A stretch of DNA of 64,000 nt from Dehalococcoidia bacterium (GCA_040882355.1 JBBEBM010000068.1:241-64240), one strand, 5' to 3'; positions 49,034 through 60,431 are shown, counted from the first letter of the stretch. The notes: generated by a model not told the origin, from the letters alone. A program made the numbers and translations.

Positions 49034-50463
49034 CCCCGGCTGGTGCGCCGCGCTCCTCTCGCTATCCGCTCCTTCTCGCAACGGTCGCATTCGGGGGCAT
49101 CCTCGCCCCGCTCAACTCGACGATGCTCGCCGTGGCGCTGCCGGAGCTGCGCGACGACTTCTCGATCGGGCATGGGGCGATCGGCTGGCTTATCTCGGCC
49201 TACCTGATCGCGATGGCGGTGGCGCAGCCTTTGGGCGGGCGCCTCGGCGACCAGTTGGGCCGCGCGCGAGTCTTTCGCCTCGGGCTGCTGGCGTTTCTCG
49301 TGCTCTCGCTGGCGGCGGCGCTCTCGCCGTCCTTCCCGGTGCTCGTCCTGCTGCGCACCGGCCAGGCCCTCGTCGGCGCGGCCGTGATCCCGAACGGCAT
49401 GGCCATGCTCCGGACGTCGCTCCCGCCGGACCGCCTGGGGCGGTCGATGGGCATCACCGGCGCGACGATGTCGTTCGCCGCGGCCGTCGGCCCGCTGCTC
49501 GGTGGCGCCCTCCTGGCCGTGGGGTCGTGGCGCCTGCTCTTCCTCGCTAACGTTCCCATCGTCCTTGTGGCCCTGGCGTGTCTCGCCGCGCTCCGCTATC
49601 CGGAGCCCCTGGAGACAAGGCGCCTTGAACTGGACTGGCCCGGCGCGCTCACGTTCGCCGGCGCGCTGGTGGTCCTGACCCTGGTCCTCAACTCGTTGGG
49701 CGGCGGCAACGCCGTAGTGCTCGCTGCGTCCGCGATAGGCCTGGTGGTGCTGGGCGCCATCTTCGTCCAGCGCCAGCGGACCAGCCTCGCGCCAATTGTG
49801 GAGTGGCGTCTGTTTCGCAGTCCTTCATACGCCGGAGCGACCGGCTACGTGCTCCTGAGCAACCTCGTCATGTACACGACGCTGCTCTCCATTCCGTTCT
49901 TCATCGAGGAGGTACAGGGGAAGGGCAGCGGGACATCGAGCACCCTCCTGGGCGCGATGTCGATCTTGATCGCGGCCATGTCGCCAATCGGGGGCCGGCT
50001 CTCGGACGAGCTTGGCCGGCGAACCCCCGCCCTCGCTGGCAGCCTGTTGGTCGTGGGCGCGTTGGTCATGCTGCTTTCCGGCATCAGTCGAGACGTCTCC
50101 TACGCGTACCTGGCGGCGTCGCTTGGGGTCCTCGGCATGGGCATGGGTCTGAGCTTCGGCCCCGCAAGCACCGCCGCGATCGAGTCAGTCTCATCCACAC
50201 TTGCCGGGACCGCGTCGGGCACGAACTCCATGATGCGCTACGTCGGCAGCATCATCGGCGTGGGCATCCTGGGAGCGATCCTGAGCGAGGGCTCGACGCC
50301 AAGCATCGGCCTTTATCGCGGCATGTTCGCTGTCCTCCTGGGCATGGCGGTCCTCGGCTCAATGACGACCCTCCTCATCCACCGGCGGCTGGCCCTGGAG
50401 GGGCGCGAGCGAGAGGGACTTCCGGCCGTCAGCATCGAGCCGCCCACTATCACGCCGGGTTGA
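49030..50463 (+). CDS. MFS transporter (DHA2-like)
   Basis: LAPLNSTMLAVALP, GRLGDQLGR, GPLLGG..SWR..F.AN.P. GTGA overlap with the upstream gene. Confidence 0.92.
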   Translation: MTPAGAPRSSRYPLLLATVAFGGILAPLNSTMLAVALPELRDDFSIGHGAIGWLISAYLIAMAVAQPLGGRLGDQLGRARVFRLGLLAFLVLSLAAALSPSFPVLVLLRTGQALVGAAVIPNGMAMLRTSLPPDRLGRSMGITGATMSFAAAVGPLLGGALLAVGSWRLLFLANVPIVLVALACLAALRYPEPLETRRLELDWPGALTFAGALVVLTLVLNSLGGGNAVVLAASAIGLVVLGAIFVQRQRTSLAPIVEWRLFRSPSYAGATGYVLLSNLVMYTTLLSIPFFIEEVQGKGSGTSSTLLGAMSILIAAMSPIGGRLSDELGRRTPALAGSLLVVGALVMLLSGISRDVSYAYLAASLGVLGMGMGLSFGPASTAAIESVSSTLAGTASGTNSMMRYVGSIIGVGILGAILSEGSTPSIGLYRGMFAVLLGMAVLGSMTTLLIHRRLALEGREREGLPAVSIEPPTITPG

Positions 50464-50619
50464 TTGCGCCGGCCGTCTGCCGATCACAGATAAGGGGTTG
50501 GCGTGGCGCCGGCCGGCTCCGGCTGCGGACCGGCGAATCTGATTCGACCACCAGACCCCGTCCAACTGGTACGATGAATGAGACGCGGCGTTTCTTGAAC
50601 GAAGCCTCATGAGGTGTAG

Positions 50620-52497
<1,878 letters not shown>

Positions 52498-52518
52498 TCG
52501 GCCGGCCGGCTGTCGTGC

Positions 52519-53274
52519 CTAGGTGACGTCCATCCTGTCCAGACGGCGGACCGCGAGCCACAGGAATCCGGCCGTCACGATCACCACGCCCAGGATGCCC
52601 GCGGGGAACTCGATGACCCGGTCGCTCAGCTCCGCAAAGCTCTTGTCGTCGAGGCCGTGCATGATGGCGAGCGTGTAGCCGCGCACGCTCAGGTAACGGA
52701 CGCCGTCGAGAATCGAGCTGATCAGGCCCTCCCAGATCACGACGTACACCAGCGCATACGGAAGCGCGCGCGTGCTGACCAGGCCGGCCCACGTGAACAG
52801 GGCGCAGTAGGCGACGAAGCCGGCGAACAGCGCCACCCCGACGGCCAGCGTGGCCTGGAACGTGCCATCCAGTTCCACGATCCTCGCGCCAGGGCCGCTG
52901 CCACCGACGAGGGTCGCCGTTAGGCCGCTCACGATCACCAGCGGACAGCCGACCGCAATCGCCGCCAGCAGCTTCGCCGAAACGATTCGCAGGCGCGAGA
53001 TCGGCTTCAGCACCAGGAAGCTCAGCGTCCGGTCCTCCACCTCGTTGCCGAACGCCGCTGTTGCCAGCACCATGCTGACGATCGGCATGATCGTTCCGAT
53101 CAGGAGACCGTCGAGCAGCGTGTTGATGAACTCGCGGTTGGACGTCTCATCTTCGCCGATCGTCGCGGATACCAGGATCGCCAGCCCCACGGGAAGACTG
53201 ACCAGGATCAGCAGAAGCAGCAGGCGGCCTCTGCTGGCGAGCTGACGAAGGGAGAACGTGAACAGCGGCCCCAT
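52519..53274 (-). CDS. ABC-2 type permease
   Basis: Multiple TM segments; EVEDRTLSFLVLKPISR. Confidence 0.88.
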   Translation of the reverse strand: MGPLFTFSLRQLASRGRLLLLLILVSLPVGLAILVSATIGEDETSNREFINTLLDGLLIGTIMPIVSMVLATAAFGNEVEDRTLSFLVLKPISRLRIVSAKLLAAIAVGCPLVIVSGLTATLVGGSGPGARIVELDGTFQATLAVGVALFAGFVAYCALFTWAGLVSTRALPYALVYVVIWEGLISSILDGVRYLSVRGYTLAIMHGLDDKSFAELSDRVIEFPAGILGVVIVTAGFLWLAVRRLDRMDVT

Positions 53275-54216
53275 CTACGTGTCCACCAGGTAACCGAAGA
53301 CGCTCTCGAGCGATTCGTCCAGCGGCTCCACGCGCAGCAGGCGGATCGCGCGGTCGCGGGCCAGGCGCGGGATCGATCGCTGGAGAGCGTCGACGTTCTT
53401 GCTCAGCACGACCAGGGCGCCCTCCCTGTCAACCGCTACCGATTCCACCGCCTCCAGCTCGATGAGCGCCGCCGCCATGGAGCGCGGATCACCGGCGACA
53501 ACGCGTACCTTGTAAGGACGCTCGTCTAGCTTCGCCCGGATGGCGTGGAAGTCGCCGGACGCGGCGAGCTTTCCGCTCACCATCAGAAGGATGCTGTCCG
53601 CCAGCGTCTCGACCTCCTCCAGAATGTGCGAGGAGATGAGGATCGTTCGCCCTTCGGCAGCGAGGCGGTGCATGACCTCCTGAAACTCGATGCGCTGCCG
53701 GGGGTCCGTCCCGTTGAGCGGTTCGTCCAGCAGGATCACCTCGGGATCGTGGACCAGCGTCGCACCCAGCCGGATCCGCTGCCGCATGCCGCGAGAGTAG
53801 GTGCCGATCGCCCGGTCCTGCACGTCGACGAGTCCGACGATCTCGATGGCCCGGTCCACCGCCGGCGCCAGCCGTTCGAGGCCATGCAGGCGCCCGGCGA
53901 ACTCGACGAGCTCCCGGCCGGTCAGCTTCTCGTAGACAGCCTCTTGCTCCGACATCACGCCGACTCGTCGATACAGGTTCGGATTGACGCGCACCGCCTC
54001 CCCCAGCATGCGCGCCGACCCCTCCGAAGGCTTGGCGAGGCCCGCGATCACCCGCAGCAACGTGGTCTTGCCGGCGCCGTTCGCTCCGAGAAGGCCCGTG
54101 ATCCCTGGATACACCTGAAGCGACACGTCATTCACAGCCACGACGTTGCCGAACCACTTCGATAGACGATCGACTTCGATAGTTGGTGTGGCCGTGCCGG
54201 TCGCTGGCCCCGTCAT
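53275..54216 (-). CDS. ABC transporter ATP-binding protein
   Basis: GANGAGKT, YSRGMRQR, LLDEP, SSH. Confidence 0.93.
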   Translation of the reverse strand: MTGPATGTATPTIEVDRLSKWFGNVVAVNDVSLQVYPGITGLLGANGAGKTTLLRVIAGLAKPSEGSARMLGEAVRVNPNLYRRVGVMSEQEAVYEKLTGRELVEFAGRLHGLERLAPAVDRAIEIVGLVDVQDRAIGTYSRGMRQRIRLGATLVHDPEVILLDEPLNGTDPRQRIEFQEVMHRLAAEGRTILISSHILEEVETLADSILLMVSGKLAASGDFHAIRAKLDERPYKVRVVAGDPRSMAAALIELEAVESVAVDREGALVVLSKNVDALQRSIPRLARDRAIRLLRVEPLDESLESVFGYLVDT

Positions 54217-55154
54217 GTCCGGAACCTGCGATAACGCCACCAGAGCACGAACCCCGGTCCAGCAGTGAGGACCACGTACCAGCCGATGGGGACGGCGCTG
54301 GGATGCTCCCTCACGCGCGCGGCGAACTCCGACCCGCTGTCTTCGTCGAAGATCACGTCGCTTACGTGCATCGGCACCTCGGGAAGGGAGAGGAGCGCGA
54401 ACCACTTCGCCGCGTCTCCCGTAACGGGTTCGCACTTCTCTTCGGGAGCGCCGGCGGCCTGTGTCCCTTGCGACTCTTCATCCCCGCACAGCGACAAGAC
54501 GCCGGCGACCGGCAGCGAGACCAGGTAGAGCGCAATGACGATCGCTGCGGCGTACGCCCGACGTGTTGTGAAAGTCGACACAGCCAGGGGGAGTGTCGTG
54601 GCGAAGATCGCAATGACGAGTCCAGCGCTGAGGAAGCGGGGCACATCTAACCAGTTGTCACGTAGGTACTCGATCGGTTCCTCGTCGGCTAGGGTCAAGC
54701 CCCCGAACAAGACGATCTGACCGATCCATACCAGCGCAAGCGTCACCGACAGAAACGCCGCCCAGCGTGCGGCCACGTAGTCCGTCGCGGTCAAGGGACG
54801 CACCAGATACAGATCGATGACTCGGTCTCGGCGGTCCGGGCAAAGCAGCTCTGGAGCGATGGTCGCGGAGAACAGGAACAGGACCACCGCGACGATGCGG
54901 TAGTAGTCGGCATGGGTTGGCAGCTCGTCACCGATCTCGGCTGTTGCGGCGGCCAGGCTCATGAAGACCGCAGGGAACACGACCGCTACAAACAGCAGCG
55001 CCGGGAGCACTTTGGACGGCCAGCCTCGCCCAATCCCAAGCGCCGTGCGCACGCCATCCTGCCAGAGCGCCTTCCGCGCGCGCGTTCGCCCCTGGCGCGG
55101 CCCGTCATAGTGATGGTAGCCGAGGTCGAAGATCTCGCCGCGGGCCTCGCTCAT
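54213..55154 (-). CDS. ABC-2 type permease
   Basis: IFDLGYHHYDGPR, APELLCPDRR..LYLVRPL, TM segments. Confidence 0.88.
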   Translation of the reverse strand: MSEARGEIFDLGYHHYDGPRQGRTRARKALWQDGVRTALGIGRGWPSKVLPALLFVAVVFPAVFMSLAAATAEIGDELPTHADYYRIVAVVLFLFSATIAPELLCPDRRDRVIDLYLVRPLTATDYVAARWAAFLSVTLALVWIGQIVLFGGLTLADEEPIEYLRDNWLDVPRFLSAGLVIAIFATTLPLAVSTFTTRRAYAAAIVIALYLVSLPVAGVLSLCGDEESQGTQAAGAPEEKCEPVTGDAAKWFALLSLPEVPMHVSDVIFDEDSGSEFAARVREHPSAVPIGWYVVLTAGPGFVLWWRYRRFRT

Positions 55155-56059
55155 TCCGGGCTGCTCCGGAAGATGTCGGCGAGTCCCCCACGACGCGGCG
55201 CCAGCCGGCGCAGGCGGACGTCCGCTTCCACAATCGCGTCCCGGATCTCGTCGTACAGCGCCTCATCCGTGAGCTCGACGACGACCGACGAGCCGTCCAC
55301 CTTCCCCTCGATTCCCCTGGTAGCCAGCGCAGCGGCCAGCTCTTCGCATCCGGCGTCCACCTCGATGACGATGCTTGAGGTCTCCTGAGTGAAGCGAGCG
55401 ACCGCTCCCTCTTCGGTGACGTGACCGCCGTCAAGCACGATGATCCTGTCGCAGGTCCGGTCGATATCGCCCATTAGGTGCGACGACAGGAGGACGCTGA
55501 TGCCGGCCTCGTGGCTAGTCCGTCGAATGAGCTCCAGCATCTCCTCGCGACCGCCCGGATCGAGGCCGGCGGTAGCCTCGTCTAGCAGCACGAGGACAGG
55601 ATCGTGCACCAGCGCCTGCGCCAGTTTCACCCGCTGCTTCATGCCCGTGGAGAACTCGTTCAGGGGCCGGTAGCGCTCTTCGTGCAGGCCCACGTGTCGT
55701 AATGCGTCCGCCGCGCGGACCCGGGCCTGGGTCGGCGGTAGCCCGCTGACCTGCGCCATGTGCGCCAGAAACTCCGAGGCGTTGATGGCGGACGGCAGGC
55801 AGTCGTGCTCGGGCATGTAGCCCAGGCGCGCCCGAACCTCCACGGACTCGTAGGCCTTCTGACCCATCACCTCCGCCGAGCCTTCTGTTGGCGTGAGCAG
55901 TCCCAGGAAGAGCTTGATCGCGGTGCTCTTGCCGGCGCCGTTCGCGCCGAGCAGCCCGGTCACTCCTGCGTGGACCTGGAAGTCGACAGCATCAAGGGCG
56001 ATGGTGTTCCCGTACCGCTTGGTCAGACCCTTCGCTTCGAGGAGCGGCGCCGCTGTCAC
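55151..56059 (-). CDS. ABC transporter ATP-binding protein
   Basis: GANGAGKS, FSTGMKQR, LLDEAT, SSH. TATACT 6 nt before the GTG (probably leaderless). Confidence 0.92.
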   Translation of the reverse strand: MTAAPLLEAKGLTKRYGNTIALDAVDFQVHAGVTGLLGANGAGKSTAIKLFLGLLTPTEGSAEVMGQKAYESVEVRARLGYMPEHDCLPSAINASEFLAHMAQVSGLPPTQARVRAADALRHVGLHEERYRPLNEFSTGMKQRVKLAQALVHDPVLVLLDEATAGLDPGGREEMLELIRRTSHEAGISVLLSSHLMGDIDRTCDRIIVLDGGHVTEEGAVARFTQETSSIVIEVDAGCEELAAALATRGIEGKVDGSSVVVELTDEALYDEIRDAIVEADVRLRRLAPRRGGLADIFRSSPE

Positions 56060-56131
56060 GTGCCAAGTATATTCGAGGCTCGCCCTAGCGGAGAACACCT
56101 TGCCCGGTCGGAACGGCCCGAAGTTTGGAGA

Positions 56132-56305
56132 TGGTGGAGACGGGGGAGAATTGAACTTCCCGTCCGCAGTTAGATCAACGGGCCAGCCTGGCCGGCCTAA
56201 GCCCGCGGGTGTGCGGTTGGTGGAGACGGGGGAGATCGAACTCCCCGTCCCCAGTCAGAAGACGGGCCGGCCCCGGTTGCGGGCACGACCTGCGCTCATT
56301 GTGGT
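56132..56305 (-). repeat. Two extra tandem copies of the tmRNA 3' end (T-arm + acceptor strand + CCA)
   Basis: TGGTGGAGACGGGGGAGA..GAACT.CCCGTCC at 56132-56165 and 56218-56250 vs 56306-56339; period 86/88 nt. Confidence 0.92.
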
Positions 56306-56653
56306 TGGTGGAGACGGGGGAGAATTGAACTCCCCGTCCAGAGAAGGGCCGGCCTGAGGTACTACAGGTGTGTCCGGCGGTTCATTCTCGTCCGGTGGGC
56401 CATCGCCGGCCCGGCTTCACCGGATAGAGCCGATGAGACTTAGGCGACCCGTATCGGCGTCAGGCCGTCGCACCTCGACTGATCGTCGCTGCTTCACAGC
56501 CCGTCGAGGAGAGGCTTGTGGGCAACGTCACCGCCTAAGCGGCGAGGGCGAGCTGTTGTTCGCCGGTTAGCTGTTTGCCACCAGTTTAACGAGGCAGCGG
56601 CACCTCGACCTGCACCTCAGGTTCACGCTTCCCTGTCGAACCCTTTCGTCCCC
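56306..56653 (-). ncRNA. ssrA: tmRNA; tag peptide (A)GEQQLALAA
   Basis: 5' GGGGACG pairs with 3' CGTCTCC-ACCA including G3.U; TTCGAC near the 5' end; TAACC-GGC GAA CAA CAG CTC GCC CTC GCC GCT TAG; 348 nt. Confidence 0.96.
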
Positions 56654-56666
56654 AGAGTGCGCCCTC

Positions 56667-56675
56667 AGTATACCA
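56667..56675 (-). promoter_or_regulatory. Extended -10 promoter of ssrA
   Basis: TGGTATACT 13 nt upstream of the mature 5' end. Confidence 0.65.
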
Positions 56676-56697
56676 CGCCGCGGCGAGGGCCTCGCGC

Positions 56698-57426
56698 CTA
56701 CGGGTCGGCGTCGACGGCCACGGGGGCCGTGCCGCCCAGCGCCGGGCTCGTCTCCGCCGTGTCGATCCGCCCGTCCAGCATGCGCACGATACGGTCCGCC
56801 GCGGCCGCGATGGTCGGGTCGTGGGTCACGAGGAGCAGCGTCGCACCGTGAGTGCGCTGCACCTCGCGCAGCACCTCCAGCACGCGCAGGCCGGCTTTCG
56901 AGTCCAGGTTTCCGGTCGGCTCGTCCGCCAGCAGAATCGGCGGGTCGTTGCTCAGCGCCCGCGCGATGGCGACGCGCTGGCGCTCGCCGCCCGAGAGCTC
57001 CGTTGGGCGCTTGTTCGCCTTGTCGCCCAGGTCGACCAGCTCCAGCAGCTCCTGCGCGCGCTGCCGGCGCTTGCCCGCCGAGAGCCCCGTCTCGTACATC
57101 GGCACCTGCACGTTCTCGCTCGCCGTCAGCGTGGGCAGCAGGTTGTGGAGCTGGAACACCAGGCCGATCGTGCGCGCCCGGTAGCGGCTGAGGTCGCGCT
57201 TGTGCGTGATCTCTTCGCCGTTGACGAAGATCTCGCCTTCGTCGGGGCGCTCCAGCGCCGCGATCACGTGGAGCAGCGTCGACTTGCCGCAGCCCGACGG
57301 CCCGGTGAGCGCGACGAACTCGCCGCGCCGCACCTGGAAGGTCGCTCCGTCGAGCGCGCGCGTGCGCCCGTCGTCGAACGTCTTCACGATGCGGCGTACG
57401 TCGATCGCGATGTCCTGGTCACTCAT
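56698..57426 (-). CDS. LolD/MacB-type ABC ATP-binding protein
   Basis: GPSGCGKS, LSGGERQR, LADEPTGNLD, VTHD. Confidence 0.93.
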   Translation of the reverse strand: MSDQDIAIDVRRIVKTFDDGRTRALDGATFQVRRGEFVALTGPSGCGKSTLLHVIAALERPDEGEIFVNGEEITHKRDLSRYRARTIGLVFQLHNLLPTLTASENVQVPMYETGLSAGKRRQRAQELLELVDLGDKANKRPTELSGGERQRVAIARALSNDPPILLADEPTGNLDSKAGLRVLEVLREVQRTHGATLLLVTHDPTIAAAADRIVRMLDGRIDTAETSPALGGTAPVAVDADP

Positions 57427-58543
57427 AGCGGATCGCCTGGGCCGGCGAGAAGCTCGCAGCGCGATACGCCGGGTAGAGCGCCCCGAGCAACGCGACTGTA
57501 AGGCCAATCGCGAAGCCCCTCAGGAACACCTCCAGCGGGTACTCAGGTGTGATAAACGCACGGACCGTCGGAAGCGTCACGATGAGGCGGGTTAGCGCGA
57601 CGGCAACCAGCGACCCCAGGACCGACGCGATCAAGCACAGCACCAACGATTCGCCCAGCACCATCTGGAGGATGCGCCTCGTTCGCCAGCCCACGGCGCG
57701 CAGAATGCCGAACTCTCGCGTCCGTTCGAACACCGCCATGACCATCGTGTTCATCACCGCTATCCCTCCAATGAAGACGGCCAGGATGGTGATCCCCAGG
57801 TTGATCGCGTTCATGATCTCCAGGCCCTGGTCCACCTCCCCAATGTCGTCGATCTCCACGAGCGTCGCCAGGGCGGTGTGGTCGGCCTCGATCTGGTCCG
57901 CGAAGGTTTGTACGGCGACTCCTGGCTGGACGCGGACGAAGAAAAGAGAGTAGAGGTCAGGCGTGTTCTCAAGCTCACGAAGGTCGTCGAGGGACAGCAG
58001 CGCGCCACCGTCCAGGTAGGTCGTTCCACTGTTGTAGATGCCGACGACGGTGAACGCCTCATCGGGCTCCCTTCGCATGATCACCGTTTCGCCGATCTCG
58101 GCGCCCAGGTCGCTCGCCGCCTGGTCGCCCAGCATCACCTCGCGCGTCGCGCCTTCCTCGAGATGCCGGCCTTCCACGAGCGGCGCGTCGAAGTAGTCGA
58201 GGTCCGCCGGGTGAATGCCAAGCTGCGCGAAGAACGGGTTCGATCCAACGCGGGCGAACGCCATCAACACCGGCGTCACGTGCTCGATGTCGTCGTACGC
58301 TTCGACGTCTGCGAGGTCGTCCTCGGTAAGGACGCTCAGCGTCAGATCGGAGCTGCCCGCCCTGCCAATCGCGAAGTCGGAACCGCCCGCGGTGAACAGC
58401 TCGCCGGTGGCGCTCAGGGCGCTCTCGGTGATGATGCCCAGCGCGACCACGGCGGTGATGCCGATGCTCATGCCAAGCACGGTGAGGCTCGTGCGGATCT
58501 TCTGACGTAGCAGGTTGCGCAGGATGAGCAGGACAAAGGGCAT
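57419..58543 (-). CDS. MacB/FtsX-type ABC permease
   Basis: RNLLRQKIRTSLT, NTMVMAVFERTREFGILRAVGW, YPAYRAA..P..AIRYE. Confidence 0.93.
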   Translation of the reverse strand: MPFVLLILRNLLRQKIRTSLTVLGMSIGITAVVALGIITESALSATGELFTAGGSDFAIGRAGSSDLTLSVLTEDDLADVEAYDDIEHVTPVLMAFARVGSNPFFAQLGIHPADLDYFDAPLVEGRHLEEGATREVMLGDQAASDLGAEIGETVIMRREPDEAFTVVGIYNSGTTYLDGGALLSLDDLRELENTPDLYSLFFVRVQPGVAVQTFADQIEADHTALATLVEIDDIGEVDQGLEIMNAINLGITILAVFIGGIAVMNTMVMAVFERTREFGILRAVGWRTRRILQMVLGESLVLCLIASVLGSLVAVALTRLIVTLPTVRAFITPEYPLEVFLRGFAIGLTVALLGALYPAYRAASFSPAQAIRYE

Positions 58544-58770
58544 GGTGGGGGCCTCCCAGGCTCGGTCCGTATCCTCCGTATTCTATCAGTGCGCTCGTGG
58601 CGAGAGGCGATGGCCGGATGGGGCACCTTCTCGCGGGCTGTCCGGCTCTCGTTGTGCGAGCTAGCTGACAGAAACGAAGCTCCGAGCGGCGGGTACGGGT
58701 ATGGTCTTTTCGGACTCGATGGGTGCTATCATGCCCTCGGCACACGCTGGTGCGTTCACAGGAGGTCCCC

Positions 58771-59898
58771 ATGTACGATGCAATCGTGGTCGGCTCCCGC
58801 TGCGCAGGTTCACCTACAGCCATGCTGCTCGCCCGCAAGGGCTACAAGGTGCTCCTGGTCGACAAGGCCAGCTTCCCCAGCGACATCATGTCCACGCACT
58901 ACGTCCATATCCCGGGCGTCGCGCGGTTGCAGAACTGGGGCCTGCTGGACAAGGTCCACGCGTCCAACTGCCCGCCGATCACCAGCATCACGCTGCACAT
59001 GAACGGCCTGCCCTTCACGCCGCCGCCTCCGCCCGTGCCCGAGGGCGCCGAAGCGCCGCCCGCCTACTGCCCGCGCCGCACCGTGCTCGACAAGATACTC
59101 GTCGATGCAGCGGTCGAGGCCGGCGCGGAGCTGCGCGAAGGGTTCGCCGTGCGCGAGCTGGTCCGCGACGGTGACGCTGTTGCCGGCATCACGGGCGGCG
59201 CCGTCGGTAGCAGCTCGCTCGTCGAAGAGCGGGCGAAGTTCGTCATCGGCGCGGACGGCATGCACTCTGTCGTCGCCCGCGAGGTGCAGGCGCCTGAGTA
59301 CAACACGAAGCCGTCGCTCAGCTTCGGCTACTACGCCTACTGGAGCAACGCGCCCGGCGGCGCCGAGATCCACTTCACCGACGACGGCGGCGCGCTCTGC
59401 TTTCCCACGAACGACGGCTTGACGTGCGTGGCCGTTGGCGGCCCGACCGACATGTTCCCGGAGTTCCGCAAGGACATCGAAGCGAACTACATGAAGATCG
59501 TCGGGAAGATACCTCTGGTCGCCAAGCGCCTGGGCAACGCCAAACGCGAGGAGCGCTTCGTCGGGACGAACGACCAGCCAAATTTCTTCCGCAAGCCCTA
59601 CGGCCCCGGCTGGGCCCTGGTGGGCGATGCCGGTTACCATCGCGACTTCATCACCGGCCTGGGCATCAGCGACGCCTTCCGCGACGCCGAGTACCTCACG
59701 GACGCGCTCGACGAAGGGTTCTCCGGCAAGCGGCCGCTTGACGAGGCGCTCCGCGACTACGAGCAGCGCCGTAACAAGATCGCCGAGCCGCTGTACGATC
59801 TGACGATTCAACTCGTCAGCGGCGACCCGCCTCAGCCCGAGCAGTTCCTGGCCTTCGGCGCCGCGATGGCCGCCATGATGCCGAACGGCGCCGAGTAA
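58771..59898 (+). CDS. NAD(P)/FAD-dependent oxidoreductase (geranylgeranyl reductase-like)
   Basis: YDAIVVGSRCAG, PRRTVLD, IGADG, GWALVGDAG..D...G.GI. GGAGG RBS. Confidence 0.9.
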   Translation: MYDAIVVGSRCAGSPTAMLLARKGYKVLLVDKASFPSDIMSTHYVHIPGVARLQNWGLLDKVHASNCPPITSITLHMNGLPFTPPPPPVPEGAEAPPAYCPRRTVLDKILVDAAVEAGAELREGFAVRELVRDGDAVAGITGGAVGSSSLVEERAKFVIGADGMHSVVAREVQAPEYNTKPSLSFGYYAYWSNAPGGAEIHFTDDGGALCFPTNDGLTCVAVGGPTDMFPEFRKDIEANYMKIVGKIPLVAKRLGNAKREERFVGTNDQPNFFRKPYGPGWALVGDAGYHRDFITGLGISDAFRDAEYLTDALDEGFSGKRPLDEALRDYEQRRNKIAEPLYDLTIQLVSGDPPQPEQFLAFGAAMAAMMPNGAE

Positions 59899-59901
59899 CG
59901 C

Positions 59902-60381
59902 ATGGACGTCGCGTCCTTCGCCGAGATCGAGGCCGAATTCAATGCCCGCATCAGTCGCATCGTCTGGTGCACCATGGCGACCGTCGACCGCCAGGGTCGC
60001 CCTCGCACGCGCATCATCCACCCGATCTGGGAGGGCGCGACGGGCTGGATCGCTACCGGTCGCCACTCGCTCAAAGAGAAGCACCTTGCCCGCAACCCGA
60101 ACGTCTCGCTCAGCTACTGGGACCAGCAGCACCAGCAGGTGTACGTCGACTGCACGGCCGAGTGGGTGGACGACCAGGCGGAGAAGGTGCGCATCTGGGA
60201 GCTGTACAAGAATACGCCGCCTCCGCTGGGCTACGACCCGCAGATGATCTGGCAGGCCGGGCCGGACGATCCCGGCTACGGCCTGCTCAAGCTCACACCC
60301 CGGCGCATCGAGCTGTTCTCGCTCGCCGACCTGATCACGGGCACGGAGCCCAAGATCTGGCACGCAACGGGGCGCGTGTAG
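59902..60381 (+). CDS. Pyridoxamine 5'-phosphate oxidase-like (split-barrel flavin/F420) protein
   Basis: WCTMATVDRQGRPRTRIIHPIWE, K...LARNPNVSLSYW, GYDP. Confidence 0.88.
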   Translation: MDVASFAEIEAEFNARISRIVWCTMATVDRQGRPRTRIIHPIWEGATGWIATGRHSLKEKHLARNPNVSLSYWDQQHQQVYVDCTAEWVDDQAEKVRIWELYKNTPPPLGYDPQMIWQAGPDDPGYGLLKLTPRRIELFSLADLITGTEPKIWHATGRV

Positions 60382-60431
60382 ACGGCGGCTCCGGCGGGGA
60401 GCGGGATCTATTGTTCGTCGCCTTTTTTTCG

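Noticed and set aside
56132-56250. Additional tRNA genes
   Set aside because: Only the T-arm, 3' acceptor strand and CCA are present; no D-arm or anticodon arm.
56132-56339. CRISPR array (33-34-nt repeats with regular spacing)
   Set aside because: The repeat is the tmRNA 3' end, spacers are 52-55 nt and mutually similar, and there are no cas genes in the window.
58810-60363. Long antisense or alternate-frame ORFs (also 5085-6287, 15292-16764, 16863-18326, 34860-36152, 43362-44759, 47606-49090)
   Set aside because: Expected shadows of high-GC3 genes; no recognisable motifs or RBS.
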